DNA from: Mobula hypostoma
Taxonomy: Eukaryota
DNA: 64,000 bases
Direction of reading: 5' to 3'
Assembly (NCBI RefSeq): GCF_963921235.1
Contig: NC_086097.1
Coordinates: 251,102,001 to 251,166,000, forward strand
Positions 39,073-51,200 of this stretch are shown here, piece after piece. A program made the position numbers and the translations under genes. Numbering within the stretch: the first letter of the stretch is position 1; each line of letters begins with the position of its first letter. A model generated the notes under the pieces. The model had not been told where the DNA came from, did not search any database, and worked only from the letters and a program-made list of their open reading frames with translations.

Positions 39073-40980
39073 ACACAAACATTGAAAAGACTACATTCTA
39101 ATTAAGAATGTTCTTATTAATTGTTAATGTGGATATCACCAGTGAGGATGTAAAGGTACATTATTTATTTCACGTCCGTTTGGAGTAATGTGGGTGATAG
39201 ATTTCCTTAAGTAAAGAACCTTAGTGAATCTGTTTTGACAATGAGAATTCTGCAGTGAATATTCATCAATAAATCACCAAATTAATCAAACTCAGTTTTA
39301 CAATATGCCAAGTTGGAATTTGAACTCTTGGCCAAGGATCTGGAGTGAAATTACCTGTGGTACACACACACTTGAATTCAACACCAGGAGCCCGTTCCAC
39401 TTCTTCATAAGATCATGACTGACCGAGTTGTAAACTTGACTCTGCATTCCTGCCCGGTTTGTTCCATTTCATCCCTTGTTACTCAATCCTAAGCAATTAG
39501 ATTGTCACCTAAGCAATCCACTTCTAATAAACATGAGAAAAAATAGACTCAAACTTTTGTGAGAGTGAGTTTGGCCTCCGTTAGTTGGGATATTGCATCC
39601 TAGCTGTCTAGATATGCAAGCTTGGGCAGTACGATATGGAGGGAAGCTGTTGCCCATGTAGCAAGCTGTCCCTCTCCACACATCTGATGAACCCAAAGGA
39701 ACAGCACAGACTGATACAGTTTGGCACCAGTGGCATCCCAGAAGTTGCCAGTCAGTGTTTAACTCACCATAGGACTGCCTTAGGGACTCTAGCTGCAGAT
39801 TTCTTCCTCAAGGTTTACTCCCCAAGGGTGGGTATAGCCATAAGGCATCAGAGGTTTGAGAACCAAGTTTTCCTTCTCCTAGATGAGCTACCAACCATGG
39901 CTGACAAGTTCCATGTGCCCAAAGCGACTGGTTTTAAGGCATCAGTATCCCACCTTTGACCCTTCTGTATAACACACAAATTATGGTCAGGTCACTCGGC
40001 TGAGTGCTACTGGTACCATGTAACCCAGTACTACCTGTCGCATGGTCGGGTGGTCGGCGACTAAACCGGCTCCCCCACCAGGCTTGCCTGGTGAGGAGGG
40101 TGGCTAGACACCCTGCAGGACGGAAAACAAGACCTCTCAAAGGGCAGGTGAACCCTCTCGTAGGGTCAACGGCCATCTAGCAAACACGTGCCGTGAAGCG
40201 CGGAAAGGGCATCCCTTGCATCGAAGCTTGGTCTGGCCATTCACTGCAACAGAACTCCCCCCAGCCGTCTTGGACCCCACCATGCTGCTGGATCCGGGAG
40301 GGGAAGTCGAAAGGGTGGATCTGGACCTGTGCAACCCCCTACTCGCGTAAAATCCACTCACGCACACGCTGTTCCTTTCTGAGGAGTTGGGTATCCTCAA
40401 CTCGCACCCACTGACTGACTGAAAGGAACCATCATCATCCCATGGGATGGATAGCCAGAGAGAGAGATAACACACAAATGCTGAAGGAACTGAGCAGGTC
40501 AGGCAGCATCTATGGAAAGGAATAAACAGTGAAGACCCTCGGCTGGAAACTTCGACAGTTTATTCCCTTCCATAGGTGCTGCCTGACCTGCTGAGTTCCT
40601 CCAGCATTTTGTGTGTGTTGCTCTGGATTTCCACCATCTGCAGAATCTCTTGTGGTTACCACTTGAGTATATCTCGTACCAATGCACTAAATGTCCTACT
40701 TTAAAAACTTCCAGTTTTAAAGTACATTGCTGAGTCATAAACACAAGGTACATACGTAAGGGCATCAAAAGTTATGGGAAGAAGGGAGGAGAATGGGTTC
40801 CTTTCCAGACCTGATGAAGGGTCTTGGCCCAAAATACCAAATCTTTATTCCTTTCCATCGATGCTTCATGAGCTGCTCCAGCATTTTGTGTGTGTTAATA
40901 TGCTCAAATGAAATTCGTGAAACCGCTTTTGTTCAATACACAGGATCTCATCAATTATGAAATACAACTTTTTGATCAAG

Positions 40981-40986
40981 TTTATT
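40981..40986 (-). terminator. Putative VIRMA polyadenylation signal AATAAA
   Basis: TTTATT on + about 210 nt beyond the VIRMA stop, in unique AT-rich sequence, with GT/T-rich sequence downstream on the minus strand. Confidence 0.65.
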
Positions 40987-41194
40987 AAAATTTCAACAAT
41001 TATAAAAGAACAACATCTTCCAAATTTTTTCAACAAAAATAACCACTTCTTTCAACTAAATCTCACTGCCAGAATTTACTGGTGTCAAACGTTGGTCCGT
41101 CAGTGCCATGTACTCCACTACAGAATCTCTCACAACTTCACCGTCTTGAGTGGGTAAACATTTAATTGTTCACGGATGAAGAGAAAATCTCCAT

Positions 41195-41331
41195 TTAACG
41201 AGTAAATGATCGCACGTGTCTTCCCCTTCCACTACTTCCTCCACTGAACTTCCCTCGGGAGCCACCTCCTCCCCACGATGGCCCCGCTCCTCGACCTCTT
41301 GATGCACGGTCACGGGGACTCTGTCGATAAC
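41195..41331 (-). CDS. VIRMA: VIRMA, last coding exon
   Basis: ttgttccag|GT TAT CGA...; (G)YRQSPRDRASRGRGAGPSWGGGGSRGKFSGGSSGRGRHVRSFTR*, the characteristic VIRMA C-terminus; TAA at 41197-41195. Confidence 0.96.
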
Positions 41332-41597
41332 CTGGAACAACAAACACTCGTCAGCTAACGATTGCCAAACATGTATTATTAAAATAGAGCAGCAAGTAAA
41401 GCATGTTACAACTTCTAACATGCTATAGTTGTTAACCATTTTGAGATGCCTTTTTGTTAATAGATCATTTAACTGTGTAAATTATATCAAAAGCCTCTTT
41501 GGAACGTACTTTTTCATAAACTCAGAATCAGGTTTTTTTTTATCACCGATGCAACGTGGAAGTTGTTCTTTTGCAGCAGCAATACAGTTGCAATACA

Positions 41598-42265
41598 TGG
41601 TTGGGTTGAGTTGTTCTCCTATCTTGGCAATTTACTTGCCAATGTTTCGTCACCATACGAGAAGACATCATCAGTGTGCTGTTAATTGTGGTGTGTCCTC
41701 AATACTTGGCCTTTATATACTTATCAATCAGCTGATTGGTCGTCATTTCAGAAACTCTATTGTGATGTGGGGAGGAAATTTCATCACTGATTGGTTGTGT
41801 GGTGAACTTCATGCCTCAGTAATTTTGCCTGCATTAGCTCATAAATTAGATAAGATCTACGTGTTTGTTTACAGAATTGTTCACAGAAAACCACGCCTCA
41901 TGGAATTCTCTTGCATGCTGCATGTCTTCTTGCTCCACGACTTTCACTGATGCCCAGTCAAATCTCTGCCCCTCTCGATTTTCATGGGTAGAGACTAAGG
42001 AGAGCTGGTCATGCCACTTTACAGCCAGTTGATGTTTAGGGATCCTTAGATAGTTTTCTCACAGTTTGGCCGACAACTGAGTTTCTGACATGATGACCAA
42101 TCAGCTGATTGACAAATATATAAAGGCCATGCATTTGCAGCTCGCACCTCACCACAATTAAACGCACCTCACCACAATTAAAAGCACACTGAGGATGTCA
42201 TCTCCTATGGTGACAAAACATTTGCAAGTAAATTGCCAAGATCGAAGAAAAACTCAACCCAACCA
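41598..42265 (-). mobile_element. Penelope-like (Poseidon-type) fragment with inverted terminal repeats, in the last VIRMA intron
   Basis: About 160-bp diverged inverted repeats; minus strand about 42035-41850 reads EHQLAVKWHDQLSLVSTHENREGQRFDWASVKVVEQEDMQHAREFHEAWFSVNNSVNKHVDL (C-terminal GIY-YIG half); each repeat has a hammerhead-like core. Confidence 0.85.
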
Positions 42266-43063
42266 TCAATATTTTCCAAATTATTTTCAAAACATATACA
42301 CATATATAAATTAAAATAACCACTTTTTAATAATGTTATTTCAATTGTAAATATATGCTGATATTTATGTATTTATGCACATTTCATTCCATATATGCAG
42401 TTCTCACTTTATTTTTATATAATTCTTTATTCTGTATCACTGTCGAATGCTGTTTTTTGTTGCAAGTCACATCCTGACCAGCACACCACAGCAGATTCTT
42501 AATACATGTAAATATATACGGCAACTAAAGCTAATCTTTGATCGTTATCTTTGTCTCTGGCCATAAGAAGTTTAAACGCTTCTATGTAGTAAGTTATCCA
42601 TGAGTTTGTATACAACACCTGTTCGTTAGATTTTCATTTATCTATTCATGTTAAGGAATGGCAGAGTGGAGATACGTCTCTACCAAAGGAAGTGTAAGGC
42701 GTTCCTATCCTCTGCTAGCCTGCAGGTCTTGCTTGGACAAGGTGTAGCACCTGCTTAGCCCCTGATCAGGGTCACCTGAAACCATGGGAACAGGTGATGG
42801 ATGGTTGTATGAGCAGATATTGCATATCACAAGTCCTGGTTATGTGACAATCTCTGAAGAGTATTGATAATGGCTGGAGTCACCCGTCTTGTAAAGACAC
42901 AGTCCAGAAGAAGGCAATGGCAAACCACTTCTGTAGAAACATTTTCCAAGAACAATCATGGTCATGGAAGATCATGATTGGCAGGTCATATGACAGGGCA
43001 CATAACGAACAAACAGCTCATATTAAATATGTACTTGCACAGGTAGACAGATTACAGTCGTAC

Positions 43064-43198
43064 CTGCAGACGGCTGTCTGGATGGAAGTGCTTTGTTAAA
43101 GTTGCCCTGAGCCCCTCTGTTTTCACTGTAGATGATCCGGGGGCTGTTTTGTGCATTCCAGCCTGAGCCGCGCCCTCCTTCACGTCGGCTGTAACTTC
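43064..43198 (-). CDS. VIRMA: VIRMA, penultimate exon
   Basis: Not in the ORF track. ttcccttgtag|GA AGT TAC...TCT GCA G|gtacga; (G)SYSRREGGRGSGWNAQNSPRIIYSENRGAQGNFNKALPSRQPSA(G); 135 nt, phases 1/1. Confidence 0.92.
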
Positions 43199-44369
43199 CT
43201 ACAAGGGAAAAGGAAACAGCTGTTCAAAGACCAGACCAGAAACAACTAATGGACACACAGTGCTTTAGAAGAGAGAACAGAAACTACAGCTGAAAAGAGC
43301 TGCCTCAATGCCTAATGTTTGTAACGAGTGTCCCTTCACCATGCAATCATTAAATACAGACAGAGCAGGGCTTCCCGAGGGGGTGGGGAAATGGCACGTT
43401 TTAAAAGGTCAAAGAAGCCACGAGAAGACAAACAGCTATGCACAGAGGAGTGGGAGATTGATTTACAAGCCAAACCATCGCATGCTTCCCACTATTATCC
43501 TGGGTAAGTAGCACTGCAATGGGCTTCCTTCCACAGAAGGAGGACACCATCTTTTCTGTTGCATTTTCTTGACTTTTGTTAACAGTTAAATACTGTGCAA
43601 ACAGAGAGAAGTAGGAAATGTAGTATTATAGTACCCCGTTCATCCTGACTTTTTGCTGCATAAAAAGGGCTTGAAATACCAGCGCACAAATGAAACTCTG
43701 TAGAAATGAAAGGGACTTTAAAAAAATTGCTTATTCATCAGAAAGCACAATTTTGATACTGTTAAATTCACAAAATAATCTGCAGGTGAAACATTTTAGC
43801 AGCAGTGACAAACGCTTGCAGGGAGCTTGGCAGTTTTGAATCTGATATTTACAAGCAGAGTGGGAATTAAATTATTTACAGGGCAGGATGCAAATTCATG
43901 TTAGCATGTATGTTATTTTTCTCTAGAATGTTATTTTGCATTGCTGGAAGACGTATTGAATGGAGTATTGTAGGCAGTTTTGGGCCCCTTAAGGATGTGC
44001 TGGCATTAGTGAGGGTCCAGAGAACATTTACACGAATGCTCCCAGGAATGGAAGGGTTAACATACAAGGAATATTTGATGGTTCTGGGCCTATACACTGG
44101 AATTTAGAAGAATGGGGGAGGGGGGAAATCACATTGAAACCTACAGTTTCTAGGAGCAGAAGGCACAACCTCAGAATAGATGGACATGCATTTAGAACAG
44201 TGGTTAGCAGCAGTTTGCTTAGCAGGGGGGGTGAATCTGTAGAATTCATTGCCAGAGGTGCCTACAGAGGCCCTATCATTGGGTATATTTAAAGTGGAGA
44301 TTGATAGATTCTTGATTTTCTAGAACCTATCAACCTGATCTGGAAAAGATTTGATTTGATCTTGAAAAC

Positions 44370-45580
44370 CTTGGTTTTCGAGAGATACTGAGAAGCTGGT
44401 TAGGAGAAAGGAGGTGCACAGCAGGTACAGGCAGGTAGGAACAACTGAGGCACCTGAGTATAAGAAATGCAATAGAACACTTAAGGAAGAAATCAGAAGG
44501 GCTAAAAGATATGAGCTTGCTTGAGCAGGCAAGGTGAAGAAGCGTAGGAGCTTCTACAAACATATGAAGAGCAAGGGAGGTCTTAAGTGGATTTTTTGCA
44601 TCTGTATTTACTCAGGAGATGGCCACAGGAGTCTATAGATGTGAGGAAGTGCAGTGGCGACACAGATTACAGAGGAGGTGTTTGCAATCTTGAGGCAAAT
44701 TAAGGTAGATAAATCTCCGGGGCCCGACAAGCTGTTCCCTCAGACCCCATGGGAGACTAGTGGAGAAATTGCAGGGCCCTAGCGGAAATACTTACAACAT
44801 CCTTAGCCATAGCTGAGGTGCTGGAGGACTGGAGAATAGTTAATGTTATTCTGTTGTTTAAGAAACTCTTAAGAATAGCCAGGAAATTATAGGTTGGTGA
44901 ATAGTGGCAAAGCTATTGGAAGGTATTCTAAGGGACCAGAATACAAGGGGTAGTCAATATGGCTTGTGTATGGCAGGTCGTGTCTAACCAACCTTATAGA
45001 GCTTTTCAAGGAAGGTACCAGGAAAGTTGATAAAGGCAGGCAGTGGCTGTTGTCTACTTAGACTTTAGCAAGGTCCCGCATGGGAGATTGGTCAAGAAGC
45101 TTCAGTCGCTTGGCATTCGAGAAGAGGTAGTAAACTGGATTAGATATTGGTTTCGCAGAAGAAGCTACAGAGTCTTTGTAGATGGCTGCCTCTCTGACTG
45201 TAGGCCCTTGACCAGTGGTGTGCTGCACGAATCGGTGCTGGTTCCATTGCTGTTTGCCATCTATATCCACAATCTGGATGATAATGTGGTAAACTGGATC
45301 AACAGAATAGCCGACAACACCATGATCCGGGGGGAAAGGTGAGGGTGGAGAGTGAGGGAGACTACCAAAGCTTAATGTGGGTTCTGGACTAGATGGGAAA
45401 TGGGCTGAAAAATGGCAGATGGAATTTAATGTAGACAAGTGTGAGGTGTTGCACTTTGGGAGGCCCAGCCAGGGTAGGTCTTACATGGTAAGAGGTAGGA
45501 CACTGAGGAGTGCGGTAGAACAGAGGGACCTGGGAATACAAATCCATAATTCCTCGAAGGTGGTGTCACAGGTAGATAAG
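44370..45580 (+). mobile_element. Old decayed CR1 ORF2
   Basis: VDKSPGPD, VVYLDFSK, WAEKWQMEFNVDKC fragments with many frameshifts. Confidence 0.88.
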
Positions 45581-47775
45581 CTCATGAAGCATCCCACTCA
45601 CCCTGCTCAGGGACTGTTTGCCCCACTCCCATCAGGGAGGAGGCTACAAAGCATCTACACCAGAATCACCAGACTCAAAAAGTTACTTTCCTTAAGCATT
45701 AAGGCTGATCAACACCTCCACCCACTAACCCACCCCTCCACACCCCCAACCACCATTACTTTATCATTTCCAGTCAGTCACCTTATGTACAGACACTCCT
45801 GTGCCTTCAGTCACTTTATGGACATTCAATCTATGTATATAAGCTATCTTATTTATTTACTTGACATACAGTGCAGAATAGGCCATTCTGGCCCTTCGAG
45901 TTGCACCATCCAGTGACCCCTGATTTGGAATGTGGGAGGAAAGCTGAGCACCCGGAGGAAACCCATGCAGCCACAGGGAGAACGTACAAATTCCTCACAG
46001 GCAGTGCTGGGAATTGAAGCTGGGTTGCTGGCACTGTAAACCATTGTGCTGACCACTACGCTACCATGCCCCCTCAAATTATGTATTTATATTTATTGTG
46101 CTTTTTATTATTGTGTTTTTTATTATTGAGCTCTTTATCTTATTGTGTTTTTTGTGTGCTATTTATTTACTTTGTTCCCCTTCACTTGTGTACTGGAAAA
46201 GACAATAAACATAGCCATAGTCATACTTTATTGATCCCAGGGGGAAATTGGTTGGAAACAATCTTGAAACTACACACAGGGACTTTGGGTATGGATCCTG
46301 TTGGACAAATTTATCCAAAGCACAGGCCATGTAGACATTTCTGGAACCAGGAAGAATTTATTAATAGTATCACTCTCGGAGAATGACATTCCTCACACAT
46401 CTTTATCCAGCCTTCTATCTGCACAACAAATTGTAGCAAAATATCACATTTCCATACACAGACTTTAGAACTATTCAGTCAGTGAGTGCACAAGTGAGTA
46501 ATGCCAAGCAGATCCACTGCTGTTTGTCATCCAAATCAACGATCTGGGTGATAATGTGGTAAACTGGATCAGAAAATTTGCGGATGACACCAAGATTGGG
46601 GGTGCAATGGACATCGAGGAAGATTATCATGGCTTGCAGAGGGACCTGGATCATCTGGAAAAATGGGCAGAAAAACGGCAGATAGAATTTAATGCAGACA
46701 AGGTGAGGTGTTGCACTTTGGGCAGACAAACTAGGGTAAGACTTACATAGTGAACAATGGTACACTGAGGAGTGATATAGATCAGAGCAATCTGTGAATA
46801 TAGATCCATAATTCATTGAAAGTTGCATCACAGGTAGATAGGGTCATAAAGAGAGCTTTTGGCACATTGGTGAGGCCAGTTCTGGAGTATTATGTGCAGT
46901 TTTGGTCACCTACCTGCAGAACAGAATGAAAATTTACAAGTCCCTTGTCAGGACTGCAGGACCCAAGTTATAGGGAAAGATTGAATAGGATAGGGCTTTA
47001 TTTCCTGGTGCAAAGGAAAATGAGATGAGATTTGACAGAGGTATACAAAATGATGAGGGATAAATGTAAACAGTCTTTTTCCACTGAAGTCAGGTGAAAC
47101 TGGAACTAGAGGTCATGAGTTAAGGGTGAAAGGTGAAATGAGCTGCCAGTGGGTGGTGGATGCAGGTTCAATTTCACCCTTTTAAGAGAAATTTGTTTAA
47201 AAGTACATGGATGGGAGGGGTATGAAGGGCTATGGTCCAGTGGTCCAGGTGCAGGTCAATGGGACGAGGCAGATGAATACTTTGGCATGGACTAGAAGGG
47301 CTGAAGGGCCTGTTTCTGAGCTGTAGTGTTCTATGACCTCATATATTTCCCTCTAACAACTCTAAAGGCAGAGCATACACTGCTGACCAAACTTCATAAG
47401 TGAAAATTCTCCAAATATCTCCATCAGAATCCTTTAAAACTAGAAGTTTGACCCAAGTCTTCCCTTATCCAGTGGAAATAATTCTGTTTTAATTGATTAT
47501 CCCTCTACCCAATTCTCCCGCCTTCTCTCCCTAACCTTTGATGCTCTAACTAATCAAGAACCTGTCAACCTCCGCTTTAAATTTCCCAATGACTTGGCCC
47601 CCACAGCCGTTTGAGGCAATGAATTCTACAGATTCACTTTTCACTACCTCACTCTTTTTTAATATACAGTATTTCTGTTTTTGCACTTTTTAAAATAATC
47701 TATTCAATATACGTAACATACATCAAAGTTGCTGGTGAACGCAGCAGGCCAGGCAGCATCTATAGGAAGAGGCGC

Positions 47776-47811
47776 AGTCGACGTTTCAGGCCGAGACCCT
47801 TCGTCAGGACT
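47776..47811 (-). ncRNA. Minimal type I hammerhead ribozyme (intact core)
   Basis: Same motif, CTGACGA...GAAACGTC^GACT; stem I extends to CAGTC/GACTG. Confidence 0.88.
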
Positions 47812-48050
47812 GGTCAGGATTGCTTGAATTTCCAGCATCTGCAGAATTCCTGTTGTTTTTATTCAATATACGTAATTGATTTGTTTATTCATTATGTTTT
47901 ATTTTATTATTTTTTTTCTCTGTGCTAGATTGTGTATTGCATTGAACTGCTGTTGCTAAGTTAACAAATTTCATGTCACATGCCGGTGATAATAAACCTG
48001 ATTCTGATTCTGAGATTCACCATTCTCTGGCTAAAGAAATTCCTCCTTTT

Positions 48051-48279
48051 CTCGCAAACATGAGGAATTCTGCACATGCTGGAAATTCAAGCAACACACA
48101 TCAAAGTTGCTGGTGAACACAGCAGGCCACGCAGCATCTCTAGGAAGAGGTACCGTCGACGTTTCAGGCCGAGACCCTTCATCAGGACTAACTGAAGGGT
48201 CTCGGCCTGAAACGTCGACTGTACCTCTTCCTAGAGATGCTGCCTGGCCTGCTGTGTTCACCAGCAACTTTGATGTGTG
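48051..48279. mobile_element. Fold-back Penelope-like terminus
   Basis: 89-bp inverted arms 48093-48181 / 48193-48281 (2 mismatches seen), flanked by TTCCTCCTTTT at 48040 and 48280. Confidence 0.92.
48155..48188 (-). ncRNA. Minimal type I hammerhead ribozyme (intact core, 3-bp stem I)
   Basis: GTC-CTGATGA-AGGgtctcggCCT-GAAA-CGTC^GAC. Confidence 0.82.
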
Positions 48280-51200
48280 TTCCTCCTTTTTTCTGTTCTA
48301 AATTGACATCCCTCTATTCTGAGGTTGTGTCTTAAGACTCACCACTACAGGAAACATCTTCTCCACGTCCACCCTACCTAGGCCACAATGAGATTCTCCT
48401 TTGTTCTTCCAAATTCCAGGGAGTAGAGCTGTCAAATGCTCTTCCTTCATTAACTCTTTCCTTCCCAGGATCATTTTCGTGAACCTCCTCTAGATGCTCT
48501 CCAATGGCAGCTCATCTTTTCTTAGATAAGGAGTCCAAAACTGCTCACAATACTCTCAGTACAATCTGACCAATGCCTTATAAAGCCTCAGCATTACATC
48601 TTGGCTTTTATATTCTACTCCTCGCAAAATAAAAGCTAACATTATATAGTAAAATTAGAGAACACCACAGGAATTGGACTTTATGATCAAAACTGTAAAA
48701 ATGCGAGATTCAAGTATTATTTTCATTTCCATTCACTAAATTACAATGAACTGAGGTGAAATTAGTTCAGGCTTAGAACCCATAGCAACCCAGCCTAAAT
48801 CTCAACTGCCCGGGGACAAAAGGGTTAACATTGAGGAGCATTTGATGGCTCTGGGCCTGTGCTCAGTAGAGTTTAGAAGAATGGGGTGGTGGGGGGGGGG
48901 GGTGATCTCATTGAAACCTATCCAATAGTGAAAGGCCTCAACAGAATGGATGTGGAAAGGATGTTTCCTATAGTGGGGGAGGCTGGACCAGAGGGCACAC
49001 CTTCAGAATAGAAGAATGTCTATTTAGAACAGAGATGAGGAGGAATTTCTTTAGTCAGAGGGTGACGAGTCTGTGCAATTCATTGCAACAGATGGCTGAG
49101 GAGGCCAAGTCATTGGATATATTTAAAGTGGAAGTTAATAGGATCTTGATTAGGCAGGGCACAAAAGGTTTTGGGGAGAAAGCAGAAGAATGGGATTGAG
49201 AGAGATAAATCGGCTGTTATCAAAGGCAGAACAGTCTTGATGACCCTAACTCTGACCCTATCCGTTATGACCTTATGGTCTTAATGTCACCAGTTTATTA
49301 TTTCATCAGCCACCAAATCAGTAGGAGGCACAAGGATCAGTCAGTCGGCACACTCAGAGTTCAAGCCATGGGGTCCCATCATTGGCTAGTCCAGGGGTCG
49401 AAACTGAAGATCATGCTCGAAAGCTGATCAGAAGTCCCAAAGTCTTAGCCCATGGATGAAGCCTGCAGGGCTGGAGACCTGTGCTATAGTTGGAGAGCTG
49501 TCCGTGTGTGTGGGTGGGAGGGGGAGGGGGAGGGACATTGCTTTGCTGCTGTTGTTGTGTTCTCTGTTGTTCTGCTGAACATTGTGGCCATGCTTATTTA
49601 ACGCCGGAATGTGTGGCAACATGTGCGGGCTGCCCCCAGCACATCTACGGGTGTGTAGCTTGTTAGCGCAAACAAGACATTTCACTGCAAGTGTCCATGT
49701 ACGTGAAAAATCAGAATCTGAAATGTATATAGTTTTGAATTTGAAAAAGAATTTTGGAAAATCGGACAATTTAACATAGAGTAACACACACAAAATGCTG
49801 GAAGAACTCAGCAGGTCAGGCAGCATCTATGCAGGGTCAATGTTTCTCACCGAGACCCTTCATCAGGGTTGGAAAGGAAGGGGAAATGCCAGAATAAGGT
49901 GGTGTGGGGGGAGGGGAGTGAGGACAAACTAGAAGGTGAAGTCAGATGGGTACGGTTGTCATATTCAGGCAATTCAAATGGTAATTTGAATGTCAAAGCT
50001 GGTAGAAAGATGTTTGTTCTGGAGCCACATTATGTAGTAACCCGAGCTTATGAATCATTTCATTTTAGTTATTTTTTAGTGATACAGTACAGAATAGACC
50101 CTTCTAGCCCTTCGGGTCACACAGCCGCAGCAACCCTCCCAAAGGCAAAGCCCTCCCCACATCTACAAGCACAGCTGTCGTAGGAAAGCAGCATCCAACA
50201 CCAGGAACCCCCACTATCCAGCCCATGTTCTCTTCTCACTGCTGCCATCAAGGAAGAGGTACAGAAACCTCAGGATTCACACCACCAGATTCAGTAACAT
50301 TTATTACCCCTCAAGCATCAGGCTCTTGAACCAAACGGGATAACTTCACTAAACCCACACTGAACTGTTTCCACAACCTATGAACTCACTTTCAAGGGAC
50401 TCTTCATCTCATGTACTTGGACACTACCTCATTTTTTTAATATACAGTATTTCTGTTTTTGCACATTTAAAAAAATCTATTTAATATATGTAATTGATTT
50501 ACTTGTTTATTTATTATGATGTTTTATTTTATTTATTATCTTTTTTCTCTCTCTGCTAGATTATGTATTGCATTGAACTGCTGCTGCTAAGTTAACAAAT
50601 TTCACGTCACATGCTGGTGATAATAAACCTGATTCTGATTTATTATTATAATATTTGTTTTTTTCTTTTTGTATTTGCAGTTTGTTGTCTTGTGCACATT
50701 GGTTGTTTGTCCATCTTGTGTGTATTTTTTCACTGACTATTGTGTTTCTTTGTATTTACTGTGAAAGCTCACAAGATAATGAATCTCAGGGTTGTATAAG
50801 GTGATATACATGTACTTTGATAATAAATTGACTTTGAATTAATCAAATTTAATATCATTAGTCAGGGATGGATTAAGCCCCTTTACACCAATAACCATTA
50901 TGGATGGAATAAGGTATAGGAGCAATTACAGTCAAACACCTAATACAAGGAAAGATACTTATTGCCCAAATAAACTCTGATAAATTTAACTATGATTAAT
51001 AATCATAACTGATAGCCAGTTACAAATTCTTTCGACTGGACACTTGAAACAATGTGTTACCCCATATGCAGATTTAGATGACAAATTACTTACGATTTCT
51101 AGTGCTGGGGTGCAGTAGTCCTACAGCATGAGCTGGAATAAAAGGCAGACCTTCTACAGAGAGACAGAGTAAAAAGATTAATAAGTGCAGCATATGTGTT

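Noticed and set aside
41170..41439. 89-aa minus-strand ORF
   Set aside because: Alternative frame over the VIRMA last exon; the spliced frame ends at TAA 41195-41197.
48189..48220. Plus-strand hammerhead in the right arm of the fold-back
   Set aside because: Core truncated by the inversion junction (CTGA directly followed by stem II, NGA missing).
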